A DNA stretch of 64,000 bases. It comes from an uncultured Acidobacteriaceae bacterium (GTDB lineage: Bacteria > Acidobacteriota > Terriglobia > Terriglobales > Acidobacteriaceae). The position numbers were made by a program, and so were the translations under genes. The notes under the pieces were generated by a model. The model saw only the letters and a list, made by a program, of their open reading frames with translations, did not search any database and had not been told where the DNA came from. The stretch is from contig CAWIJW010000005.1 of NCBI GenBank assembly GCA_963836525.1, positions 25,669-89,668 on the forward strand, in the 5' to 3' direction. This document shows positions 1-8,420 of the stretch, piece by piece (the first letter of the stretch is position 1; every line of letters starts with the position of its first letter).

Positions 1-446
1 TGGCGGGCAATGCTGCCCATGTACTTGTAGCCGACGCCGCAGTAGTACGGTCCTTGGGGAGCGGGGAAACCCTCTTCCGGAAAGCCGAGCGGCCGGCCAT
101 CCTTGTAAAGGAAATACTCCTGCTCAAAGCCGACCCAAAGGTCGGGATCGTTCTCAATGGTGGCGCGCGCATTGGTGGAGTGCGGCGTGCCGTCGGGATG
201 CATCACCTCGCTGAGAACAATAAAGGCATTGTTGCGGCTGGCATCTGGATACAGAGCCACGGGTTTCAGAATGCAGTCTGAGCTTTTACCCTCGGCCTGC
301 ATGGTGGAACTGCCGTCAAAACCCCAGAGGGGCATGTCGGCGAGGGTGGGTGTCTTGTCGAAGCTCTTGATCTGCGTTTTGCCGCGCAGCTCAGGTACGG
401 GCTTCTTACCGTCAAGCCAGATGTACTCCAATTTGTACTTTGACAT
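1..446 (-). CDS. glnII: Glutamine synthetase, type II (GSII)-like; 5' part only, truncated by the window edge
   Basis: Not in the ORF track because its stop is outside the window. Manual translation from ATG 446 gives MSKYKLEYIWLDGKKPVPELRGKTQIK...WGFDGSSTMQAEGKSSDC...WVGFEQEYFLY...PQGPYYCGVG, which carries the GS beta-grasp and catalytic motifs (LEYIWLDG, FDGSST, GFEQEY, QGPYYCG). Confidence 0.85.
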   Translation of the reverse strand, partial: MSKYKLEYIWLDGKKPVPELRGKTQIKSFDKTPTLADMPLWGFDGSSTMQAEGKSSDCILKPVALYPDASRNNAFIVLSEVMHPDGTPHSTNARATIENDPDLWVGFEQEYFLYKDGRPLGFPEEGFPAPQGPYYCGVGYKYMGSIAR

Positions 447-547
447 GGATCTCCTTATTCGATTCAAAGGGATTTTAGGGACAGCCCCGGCGGCGAATGC
501 GCCTGCGGCTCGTTGGGGAATCTTCTTTAGGTTACCCGGCGCTCGTG

Positions 548-571
548 AGGATCGTATAAGGATCGCATAAG
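548..571. promoter_or_regulatory. 11-bp tandem direct repeat upstream of the glutamine synthetase gene; candidate regulator site
   Basis: AGGATCGTATA (548-558), AGGATCGCATA (559-569), then AG. It lies about 100 bp upstream of the minus-strand ATG and overlaps a TACGAT -10-like hexamer (551-556, minus strand). Confidence 0.45.
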
Positions 572-754
572 AAATTGCAGAGATTGTGTGGAGAACAGCG
601 CGGCGCTGGGAAAGGCAGACGGGGAGCTGAGGCCGCATGCAGCCCGCAGTAAGCCGGCCATGCGAATGCAGATCGGAAGTCGGGCGGCGGGTGTGTGGCG
701 GGCTGGGAGCCTCTGGCTGCGTTACTCTGGATGGTCAGGAGATTTCGGCCAACG

Positions 755-2689
755 ATGCTTACAACGCGACGCTTTGCTCTTGCTGTTCTGTCTGCTCAGC
801 TTCTTGTCTTGCCCTTTGCTAATGCACAGCAGAACCCGGCGCAGGTTCCCGCCGAGAACTATGTTCGCGCCCACTACACCAAATACGAGTACCGCATCCC
901 CATGCGCGACGGCGAGCGGCTGTTTACGGCAGTCTATGTGCCCAAGGTCTCGGCATTCCCTGATGATCCAGGTCCGTATCCGGTCCTCATGGACCGCACG
1001 CCCTACAACGTGGCCCCCTACGGCGAGGACCGCTATCCCGTGCACCTCGGTCCCTCCGATGAATTCGAGAAGTCCGGCTACATCTTCGTCTACCAGGACG
1101 TGCGCGGGCGATGGATGAGCGAGGGCAAATTCGTTGAGATGCGCCCGCACATCGATGAAAAGAAATCGCCGCAGGACGTGGACGAGTCGTCGGACACCTA
1201 CGACACTGTCGAGTTCCTCCTCAAGCACGTGCCCAACAACAACGGCAAAGTTGGCATCTGGGGTATCTCGTATCCGGGATTCTTCACGTCGGCTTCGATC
1301 ATCGACTCGCATCCGGCCATCGCCGCGGCCAGCCCGCAGGCGCCCATGACCGACCTGTTTCTCGGCGACGACTCCTATCACGGCGGCGCGTTCATGCTCG
1401 CGGCCGGATTCGAATTCTACGCGCCGTTCTTCCATCCGCAGCAGAATCCTGTGCTGCCCAAGCCCGAGGCTCCCTTCGACTTTGGCACGCCCGACAGCTA
1501 CAAGTTCTATCTGCAGGCGGGGAATGTGGCCAGCCTGGACAAATACTTCGACGGTTCGGCCTGGATGTGGGACGACGAATTCAAACACGACACCTACGAC
1601 GATTACTGGCAGTCGCGCGATCTTTCGCGGTACATGAAGAACGTGAAGTGCGCGGTGCTGGTGGTGGGCGGATGGTACGACGCAGAGGATCTCGAAGGCC
1701 CGTACCGCACTTTCTACGCCCTCCGCAAATTCAATCCCGGTACGCCCGTCACGCTGGTTGAGGGCCCCTGGGTGCACGGCGGCTGGGCGCGCAGCGATGG
1801 CGACCATTTGGGCGACGTGCAGTTCAATGCCAAAACCGCGGAGTACTTCCGCACCAACATTCAGTTCCCCTTTTTCGAGCATTACCTGAAGGGCAAAGGC
1901 AAGGCGCTTCCAACGGCCATCGTTTTTGAAACGGGAACCAACGTGTGGCGCCGCTCTGACGAGTGGCCGCCGAAGAATGCCACAGCGAAGACTCTCTACT
2001 TTCATACAGGCGGCAGGCTCAGCTTCGATCCGCCAACTGAAGAGAAGAGCGCCGATGAGTATCTGAGCGACCCCAACCATCCCGTGCCCTTCGTGGGCTA
2101 CACGACAGACACAGTGCCGCAGCGATACATGGTCGACGACCAGCGCTTCGCCAGCTACCGGCCTGACGTGCTGGTGTACGAGACCGACCCGCTGACTGAG
2201 GATGTGACCATCGCCGGCCCCATCTCGCCGCATCTCAAAGTCGCCAGCTCCGGCACAGACTCGGACTTCGACGTAAAGCTTATCGACGTCTATCCCGATG
2301 AGGATTCGGACGGCGGCGCCGCAACACGCCCCAACAAGCGCGTTCTCGACGCGCCGCCGCTGCGCATGGGCGGCTACCAGCAGTTGGTGCGCGGCGAGCC
2401 GTTCCGCGCCAAGTTCCGCTCGAGCTGGGAAAAGCCAGAGCCACTGACGCCCGGCAAGGAAACCGCCATCGATTTCGCTATGCCCGATCTCTACCACACC
2501 TTCCGCCGCGGTCATCGCATCATGGTTCAGGTACAGAGCTCGTGGTTTCCGCTCACTGACCGCAATCCGCAAACCTTTACGGACATTCCCTACGCAAAGC
2601 CGGGGGAATTCCAGAAGGCCACAGAGCAAATCTTTCACCAGAAAGACGCAGCCTCCGGCGTAGAAGTGCTGGTGCTGCCGCAACCGTAA
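755..2689 (+). CDS. CocE/NonD family serine hydrolase (X-Pro dipeptidyl peptidase / amino-acid ester hydrolase-like), secreted
   Basis: Motifs IPMRDGERLFT, RTPY, YQDVRGRWMSEG, nucleophile GISYPG and GPWVHGG, plus a C-terminal jelly-roll region. Signal peptide MLTTRRFALAVLSAQLLVLPFANA supports the start at 755. Confidence 0.9.
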   Translation: MLTTRRFALAVLSAQLLVLPFANAQQNPAQVPAENYVRAHYTKYEYRIPMRDGERLFTAVYVPKVSAFPDDPGPYPVLMDRTPYNVAPYGEDRYPVHLGPSDEFEKSGYIFVYQDVRGRWMSEGKFVEMRPHIDEKKSPQDVDESSDTYDTVEFLLKHVPNNNGKVGIWGISYPGFFTSASIIDSHPAIAAASPQAPMTDLFLGDDSYHGGAFMLAAGFEFYAPFFHPQQNPVLPKPEAPFDFGTPDSYKFYLQAGNVASLDKYFDGSAWMWDDEFKHDTYDDYWQSRDLSRYMKNVKCAVLVVGGWYDAEDLEGPYRTFYALRKFNPGTPVTLVEGPWVHGGWARSDGDHLGDVQFNAKTAEYFRTNIQFPFFEHYLKGKGKALPTAIVFETGTNVWRRSDEWPPKNATAKTLYFHTGGRLSFDPPTEEKSADEYLSDPNHPVPFVGYTTDTVPQRYMVDDQRFASYRPDVLVYETDPLTEDVTIAGPISPHLKVASSGTDSDFDVKLIDVYPDEDSDGGAATRPNKRVLDAPPLRMGGYQQLVRGEPFRAKFRSSWEKPEPLTPGKETAIDFAMPDLYHTFRRGHRIMVQVQSSWFPLTDRNPQTFTDIPYAKPGEFQKATEQIFHQKDAASGVEVLVLPQP

Positions 2690-2730
2690 CCGCGAGCTGC
2701 CAGCGGGCGCTCGCGAGCAATGAGGATCGT

Positions 2731-4806
2731 ATGTTCCTTCGTAATTTTCGAAATGTTTTCCTATTCCCAATTGTGTTGTTCTTCGCCCTCGCGCCGCTCC
2801 TGCCTGCCGAAGAGGGCATGTGGACGTTCGATAACCCGCCGCTCAAGCAACTGGCGGCCAAGTACAACTTTCACCCAACGCAGGAGTGGCTCGATCACAT
2901 CAGGCTCTCCAGCGTACGGCTCAACGACGGCGGATCGGGTTCGTTCGTCAGCCCCGACGGCCTGTTGCTGACGAATCATCACGTGGCGCGCGGCCAGTTG
3001 CAGAAGAACTCGACCGCCGAGCACAACTACCTGCGCGATGGCTTCTACGCGGCGACGCCGGACCAGGAGATGAAGACTCCCGACCTGGAAGTGAATGTGC
3101 TGGTAGGCATGCAGGACGTGACGGCGCGCGTCGAGGCCGCGGCCAAAGGCATCACGGACGACGCCAAGGCGCTGAAGGCGCGCGAAGCCGAGATCGCGGC
3201 CATCGAAAAGGAGAGCAAGGACAAGACCGGCCTGCGCTCTGACGTGGTGACTCTCTACAACGGCGGCGAATACTGGCTCTATCGATATAAGAAGTACACC
3301 GACGTGCGCCTGGTATTTGCGCCGGAGCAGCAGGCGGCCTTTTTGGGGGGCGATCCGGATAACTTCACCTACCCGCGCTACGACTTCGACATGGCCCTCT
3401 ACCGTGTGTATGACAACGGGAAACCTTTGCATACGGACCACTACCTGAATTGGAGCGCCAAGGGCGCCGCTCCCGGCGAGCTGGTTTTTGTCTCAGGCCA
3501 TCCGGGCTCGACCGCGCGGCAGGACACCGTGGCCCAGTTGCTGATGGAGCGCGATGTGCGCGAGCCGGCGATGATCGAGTACCTGCAGCGCCGCATTGCC
3601 GTGGAGCAGGCGTTCGCAAAGCAGGGCCCGGAGCAGGCGCGGCTGGTGGCAAGTAACATCTTCTTTCAGCAAAACAGCCTGAAGGTTTACCTGGGCCGCG
3701 CCGAGGCACTTTCCGATAAGGCGATCCTGGCCAAGAAACAAAGCGAGGAAGACGGCTTGCGCGCCAAAGTGACCGCGAATCCCGAGTGGCAGAAGGAATA
3801 TGGCGGCGCATGGGACGAGATTGCGCGCGTCGTGAAACTGGACAGGCCGGAGATGAAGAAGCAGGTTTTTCGGCGCACGGACAGCCAGCTCTTCACTCTC
3901 GCGCTGGAGATCGTGCAGTATGTCACCGAGATCAAGAAACCTGACGGCGAGCGGCTGCCTCAGTATCACGAGGCAGGACTGGATTCCCTGCGTTTCCAGA
4001 TGCTGTCTCCGGCGCCGATTCATCCCTCAACTGAGAAGATGTTCATGGCCAACGCCCTGAAGCTGGCGACGGAAAAGCTGGGGGCGAACGATGCCTACGT
4101 GCAAGCGATCGTGCAGGGCGGCGACATCGACAGGACCGTTGCCGCACTCGTGGACGGAACCAAACTTGCCGATCCCGCATTCCGCAAGAGCCTGCTCGAT
4201 GGCGGCGAAGCCGCCGTGGCCGCATGTGACGATCCGATGATCGTGGCTGCGCGCCGCCTGGATCCTGTATGGCGCGGCAGCTACGAGTACCGGCGCGACA
4301 ACATCGACAGCGTGTTCGCAGCGGCGGGCGAGAAGCTCGGCAAGGCCCGCTTCGCCGTCTATGGCAAGAATGCGTATCCCGATGCCACATTCACTCTGCG
4401 CCTGAGCTACGGCACGGTCGATGGCTATCCGTACAATGGCACTATCGCACCGCCCTTCACTACGTTTTATGGGCTCTACAATCGCTCGGCGAGTTTCAGC
4501 AATCAGCCGCCGTTCGACCTGACGCCCAAAGAAGCAGCGGCCCGCGACAAGCTCGACCTGGCGACTCCGCTTGATTTCGTCTGCACCGCCGACATCATCG
4601 GCGGCAACTCCGGCTCGCCGGTAGTGAACCGCGAGGGCGAACTCGTGGGGCTGATCTTCGACGGCAATATCGAGTCCCTGGCCGGCGACTTCGTTTATGA
4701 CGGCACAGAGAATCGCGCCGTGGCCGTTCACTCTGCCGGGATCATCGAGGGCCTGCGCAAGATCTATGGCGTGGGCGCGCTTGCCGACGAACTAGAAGGC
4801 AAGTAG
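2731..4806 (+). CDS. S46 family dipeptidyl peptidase (DPP7/DPP11-like)
   Basis: Signal peptide followed by AEEGMW; GGSGSFVSPDGLLLTNHHV (catalytic His); DNFTYPRY; DIIGGNSGSP (catalytic Ser); GLIFDGN. Confidence 0.93.
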   Translation: MFLRNFRNVFLFPIVLFFALAPLLPAEEGMWTFDNPPLKQLAAKYNFHPTQEWLDHIRLSSVRLNDGGSGSFVSPDGLLLTNHHVARGQLQKNSTAEHNYLRDGFYAATPDQEMKTPDLEVNVLVGMQDVTARVEAAAKGITDDAKALKAREAEIAAIEKESKDKTGLRSDVVTLYNGGEYWLYRYKKYTDVRLVFAPEQQAAFLGGDPDNFTYPRYDFDMALYRVYDNGKPLHTDHYLNWSAKGAAPGELVFVSGHPGSTARQDTVAQLLMERDVREPAMIEYLQRRIAVEQAFAKQGPEQARLVASNIFFQQNSLKVYLGRAEALSDKAILAKKQSEEDGLRAKVTANPEWQKEYGGAWDEIARVVKLDRPEMKKQVFRRTDSQLFTLALEIVQYVTEIKKPDGERLPQYHEAGLDSLRFQMLSPAPIHPSTEKMFMANALKLATEKLGANDAYVQAIVQGGDIDRTVAALVDGTKLADPAFRKSLLDGGEAAVAACDDPMIVAARRLDPVWRGSYEYRRDNIDSVFAAAGEKLGKARFAVYGKNAYPDATFTLRLSYGTVDGYPYNGTIAPPFTTFYGLYNRSASFSNQPPFDLTPKEAAARDKLDLATPLDFVCTADIIGGNSGSPVVNREGELVGLIFDGNIESLAGDFVYDGTENRAVAVHSAGIIEGLRKIYGVGALADELEGK

Positions 4807-4827
4807 TAGGCGCCGAGCGGAAGACAG

Positions 4828-4859
4828 AAGCGGGAGCCGCGCGCTCCCGCTTTCTGTTT
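4828..4859 (+). terminator. Rho-independent terminator after the S46 peptidase gene
   Basis: 10-bp stem AAGCGGGAGC (4828-4837) / GCTCCCGCTT (4843-4852) followed by TCTGTTT. Confidence 0.75.
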
Positions 4860-4951
4860 GTGTTCCCGCGGATGCGCGCGGCAGGTTCCGGCGCAGTCAT
4901 TCAGTGAATCGGCTCAGTTCGACGTACAATCAAAGATGGCCCGCAGACCGC

Positions 4952-5041
4952 GGAGAGGTGGCCGAGCGGTTGATGGCTCCGGTCTTGAAAACCGGCGTAC
5001 CCGAAAGGGTATCGGGGGTTCGAATCCCTCCCTCTCCGCCA
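4952..5041 (+). tRNA. tRNA-Ser, anticodon TGA
   Basis: Acceptor stem GGAGAGG / CCTCTCC-G-CCA; D-arm TGGCCGAGCGGTTGA; anticodon arm CCGGT-CTTGAAA-ACCGG; long variable arm TACCCGAAAGGGTA; T-loop GTTCGAATC; encoded CCA. Confidence 0.97.
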
Positions 5042-5117
5042 CGATTGCATCGAGCAGCCGCTCGCTGATCGCTCGCAAGATGTTGCTCTGCACAACAACG
5101 CAGAAATCAGTCTGCCG
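5041..5117 (+). repeat. 77-bp direct repeat, copy A (immediately after the tRNA-Ser CCA)
   Basis: Gap-free manual alignment to 31376-31452 gives 33/35 identical over the first 35 nt and 58/77 overall. Confidence 0.85.
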
Positions 5118-5139
5118 TGGACTGCACCTGCTGCAATCC

Positions 5140-5213
5140 TTGCGGGTCCTTCGGCTTCGCTCAGGATTTCGCCTGCGGGCTCCCGCTTCGCTCACGCCCG
5201 CAAAGCGGCTCAA
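5140..5213 (+). repeat. REP/MITE-like palindromic element between the tRNA and its duplicated 3' end
   Basis: Two related units (GCGGG..CTTCGCTCA at ~5142-5163 and ~5175-5194). Hairpins TCCT/AGGA and GCGGGC (5175-5180) / GCCCGC (5196-5201). Confidence 0.5.
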
Positions 5214-5237
5214 GTTCGAATCCCTCCATCTCCGCAA
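5214..5237 (+). repeat. Duplicated 3' end of tRNA-Ser (att-like scar)
   Basis: GTTCGAATCCCTCCATCTCCGCAA versus tRNA 5018-5041 GTTCGAATCCCTCCCTCTCCGCCA: 22/24 identical. Confidence 0.85.
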
Positions 5238-5779
5238 TAAAGTATTTTTTAATTTGCAACTTAGATAGAGAATTCGAAATCTCCGTACCTTCCCGGCAAA
5301 CGCGCAGGTCTTCAGGCCTGAAAGGGACCGGAGAGCATTCTCCGCCAGAGAGTACAGCTTGGAAATTCGATGGTTTCACCATCAGGGTATTTCGCAGTCC
5401 CTTTTCGAACTGTTCCAAAACAGAGCCAGGAAGATTGGGATCTGGTCTTGACCATCCCACCAAACACCCATGGGAGAATCGGCATTGTGGAGTTATCCGA
5501 CTACCGAACACAAGGGCGTTGATCGGGACTGATTCAAGGAACAGTGCACCGCTCCTGCGGCTCTTGGTGGGTCAGTTCATGGTAAGGGGATTTATCAACA
5601 TTTGACCCATGTGCCAGTTTGCTGACCAACCGCTCGGAACCAGGAAAAGCTGGCTGCGGTCCGGTTCGAAAAGTGCATCGGGCCGCTGGTCCCGGTTGAG
5701 AATCACTTCCGTTTCCCGGTTAGCCAACTGCAGCTCGGCATCCAGGGCGTCTCGCGAGGCAGCACCCATCGTCGCTGAT

Positions 5780-8197
5780 TCACTCCTCCCGCAACAGGAT
5801 CAAAGGATCGACGAGCAGCGCGCGTCGCGCCGGAATCCACGCCGCCATCAGGCCCAGGAACAGCATGGCTACAGTCACGCCGCCCAGCACCAGCGGATCT
5901 TTTGGCGTGGCCTGGTACACAATGAACGACAGCACGCGCGTTCCCACGAGTCCCAGAACCAGGCCGGCAACCGAGCCGATGGCCAGAAGCCGGAAGGCTC
6001 GTCCCAGCGAAGTGCGCAGGATTTCCCGGTTCCCTGCGCCCAGCGCTACGCGAATTCCCAGCTCACGCAGCCGCTTGCTGACCGAATACGACGCCATGCC
6101 GAAGATGCCGGTCACCGCCAGCATCGCGCCCAGCAAGCCGAGCACGCCCAGCGCGATGGTGGCTACACGTGCGGCAAACAACGCGGTATCCATTTCTTCG
6201 GTCCACGACCGGATGGTGATGGGCAGGCCGGAATCGAGCCCGTGCAGCCCGCGCTCCAATCCGCGCGCGATCTCCCCCGGTTCGCGATTGGACCGCGCTA
6301 CCAGCCAGACAGCAGAGGAGTCATGTTGCAGGAGCGGGAAGAACATCGCCGGCTGCTGATCTTCGGTGAGCGTGCGGTATTTGCCGTTTTCCACCACGCC
6401 TACGACTTCCGCACGGTTTCCTCCCCAGAACTTGAAGTGGCCGCCGATGGCTTTGTCGGCCGATCCGAATACCTTCTCCGCAAACTGCCGATTGACGAGC
6501 GCGACGGTAGGCGATTTCTTGTCGTCGTTAAACGTGAAGTCTCTGCCTGCCAGAAGCCTGGTGCCGGACGCCCCAAGATAGCCGGGTGAAATGTTGTAGT
6601 TCATGGCGTCGGCAATATAGTTGGTGGGCCGATAATCGGTCGTGGAGTCGGTATAGACGTAGGAGTCGCCTCCGCCCAGTCCCAACGGAATCTGGCTGAC
6701 CAGGCCGGCGGCTGAGACTCCCGGGATAGAGGAAGCTTGATCGATCATGCTGCGTTGCATTTGCTGGATGCGATCACCCGAGTACCCAGCCATTTTCAGA
6801 TCGGCCGAAACGAGCATTGCATTCTGCGGCTGGAAGCCGAAGCTGCTGTGGAGCGAGCGCACCAAGCCGCGAACGGCGACCAATGAGGAAGTGACCAGCA
6901 CGGCGCAGATCGCAATCTGCGCAACCAGCAGCACGTCGCGAAGGGCGAAGCGCCTGGTTCCCGCTCCACCGCTCGCGCCCGTGCGGATCACGTGCCACGG
7001 ATCGGAGCGCATGACCTGGCCGACCGGCACCATGCCGAAGAGCAGGCCGCTGACCAACGCGAGCAGCAAGGCAACACCAAACGTGCGGAGGTCCGGATTG
7101 ACCGGAACGTTGATCGGGACATCGGGAATCGGCTGCCAGGCGCTCAGCCCATGCAGGATGACCACGCCGCCGGCAAGTCCGATCGTGCCGCCGGCCAGCG
7201 AAACGAGCACCGCCTCCGTGAGCAACTGGCGAAGGATCAACCCACGCCGCGATCCCAAGGCGAGACGCAGCGCCACCTCTTTAGCGCGGTCTGCCGTGCG
7301 CGCTGCAAACAGGCTACCCAGATTCGCGCACGCCGCCAGCAGGATGAGCCCGGCAAGCAGCATCAAGCCGGCCATGAACGCCCGCGCCGGTCCGCCCAGC
7401 ATGTCGCCAACCAGACCCGGACGCGCGAGGCTGAAATTGATGCCGTCATCGTCAGAGGGATAGGCTTTCGCCAGCCAGGCGCCGATTGCGTTCAGATCGG
7501 CCGTTGCTTCTGCCGGCGTCACTCCGGGCTTGAGGCGGCCGACCACCCAGGGCGAGTGATTGCCACGATATTTCATGTCGTTGAAGCCCATGACCGTGGG
7601 CTCTTCGACGAGCGGAATCCAGAGCGCCGGCGCGAAGAACAGCTCTGTGCCCCGGAATGCCGGCGGAGCCACGCCGAGAATGGTGAATGGATGCTTGTTG
7701 ATGTTGACCGTGCGTCCCACGACGCCTGCGTCGCTGTGAAAATGGCTATGCCAGTAGGGGTAGCTCAGCACGACGTAGGGGGCACTGCCCATGCCTTTTT
7801 CATCAGCGGCGTGGAAGAAGCGGCCAAGATAGGGCTGAATGTAGAGCGCATCGAAGTAAGTGCCGCTGACCAAATAGGGCCACGCCGTCGACGGATCGTT
7901 GCCGGCATCGACGCCCACGGGGCCGATGATCTGGCAGGCCACCAGGCTCTCAAAGGTCCGGTTCCGGTCGCGCAGATCGAGAAGATCCAGGTACGACTGC
8001 GAAGGATACTGGTAGCGTTGCACCATATAGAGATTCTGAGCCTGGGGCACGTTCACTGGCCGCAGCACCAGTGCATTCAAAACGCTGAACACTACGGCGT
8101 TGGCGCCGATTCCCAGGGCGAGGGTGGCAATCGCAGTGAGGGTGAATCCGGGCGATTTGCGCAATTGACGGAGTGCGAGCTTCAGGTCGCTGAACAT
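5780..8197 (-). CDS. ADOP-type duplicated ABC permease (2x MacB_PCD/FtsX), copy 1, divergent from the main operon
   Basis: N-terminus DLKLALRQLRKSPGFT, LALGIGAN, LLAACANLGSL, second-half RELGIRVALGA, and C-terminus PARRALLVDP..LREE. An alternative start exists at 8212. Confidence 0.93.
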   Translation of the reverse strand: MFSDLKLALRQLRKSPGFTLTAIATLALGIGANAVVFSVLNALVLRPVNVPQAQNLYMVQRYQYPSQSYLDLLDLRDRNRTFESLVACQIIGPVGVDAGNDPSTAWPYLVSGTYFDALYIQPYLGRFFHAADEKGMGSAPYVVLSYPYWHSHFHSDAGVVGRTVNINKHPFTILGVAPPAFRGTELFFAPALWIPLVEEPTVMGFNDMKYRGNHSPWVVGRLKPGVTPAEATADLNAIGAWLAKAYPSDDDGINFSLARPGLVGDMLGGPARAFMAGLMLLAGLILLAACANLGSLFAARTADRAKEVALRLALGSRRGLILRQLLTEAVLVSLAGGTIGLAGGVVILHGLSAWQPIPDVPINVPVNPDLRTFGVALLLALVSGLLFGMVPVGQVMRSDPWHVIRTGASGGAGTRRFALRDVLLVAQIAICAVLVTSSLVAVRGLVRSLHSSFGFQPQNAMLVSADLKMAGYSGDRIQQMQRSMIDQASSIPGVSAAGLVSQIPLGLGGGDSYVYTDSTTDYRPTNYIADAMNYNISPGYLGASGTRLLAGRDFTFNDDKKSPTVALVNRQFAEKVFGSADKAIGGHFKFWGGNRAEVVGVVENGKYRTLTEDQQPAMFFPLLQHDSSAVWLVARSNREPGEIARGLERGLHGLDSGLPITIRSWTEEMDTALFAARVATIALGVLGLLGAMLAVTGIFGMASYSVSKRLRELGIRVALGAGNREILRTSLGRAFRLLAIGSVAGLVLGLVGTRVLSFIVYQATPKDPLVLGGVTVAMLFLGLMAAWIPARRALLVDPLILLREE

Positions 8198-8280
8198 GCG
8201 GTGCCATCCCATTTGAGCGTTCTGAGTTTCACTACGCGTGCCATACGCACAATGTTCCAGGGACTCGGCAGCGCAACCCA

Positions 8281-8298
8281 CTGTCCGAAATCGAACAG
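8281..8298. promoter_or_regulatory. Imperfect palindrome; candidate UAS for the sigma54 activator
   Basis: CTGTCCGAAATCGAACAG matches its own reverse complement at 14/18 positions and lies about 95-110 bp upstream of the -24 element at 8393. Confidence 0.45.
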
Positions 8299-8390
8299 TG
8301 GTTTGACGGAAGCGGTCACTATTCTAGCCGTTGCCTGCGAGTCCGGCTAGAGCAACCCATTTGTTTTCAACATATACGATCAGAGAGAAT

Positions 8391-8407
8391 TTGGCGCGGC
8401 ACGTGCT
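8391..8407 (+). promoter_or_regulatory. Sigma54 (-24/-12) promoter of the adaptor-ATPase-permease operon
   Basis: TTGGCGCGGCACGTGCT has GG (8393-94), N10, GC (8405-06), close to the consensus TGGCAC-N5-TTGCW. It is intergenic, 14 nt before ATG 8421, and the locus encodes an NtrC-type activator. Confidence 0.65.
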
Positions 8408-8420
8408 ACGTCTTCGAACG

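Noticed and set aside
645-660. Sigma54-like TGGCCGGCTTACTGCG on the minus strand upstream of the glutamine synthetase gene
   Set aside because: It fits GG-N10-GC but deviates elsewhere, lies 200 bp from the ATG, and such matches arise by chance in GC-rich DNA.
722-2770. Long antisense ORFs (also 6992-8350, 15690-17714, 26813-28069, 32872-34284, 39452-40441 and many shorter ones)
   Set aside because: They lie opposite well-supported genes and have no recognisable motifs. Such shadow ORFs are expected in high-GC coding DNA.
4858-5268. ORFs overlapping the tRNA and repeat region (4858-5268, 4901-5098, 4914-5237, 5117-5605)
   Set aside because: They are translations of the tRNA and palindromic repeats, not proteins.
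5440-5530. PWEN...GIVE-like reading that resembles an integrase-core (rve) transposase fragment
   Set aside because: Only a few residues match and a frameshift must be assumed. It cannot be supported without tBLASTn.
5572-5769. 65-aa ORF just downstream of permease copy 1 (MGAASRDALDAEL...)
   Set aside because: It has no recognisable motif and the SD spacing is long (~13 nt). It could be real, but the sequence alone does not support it.
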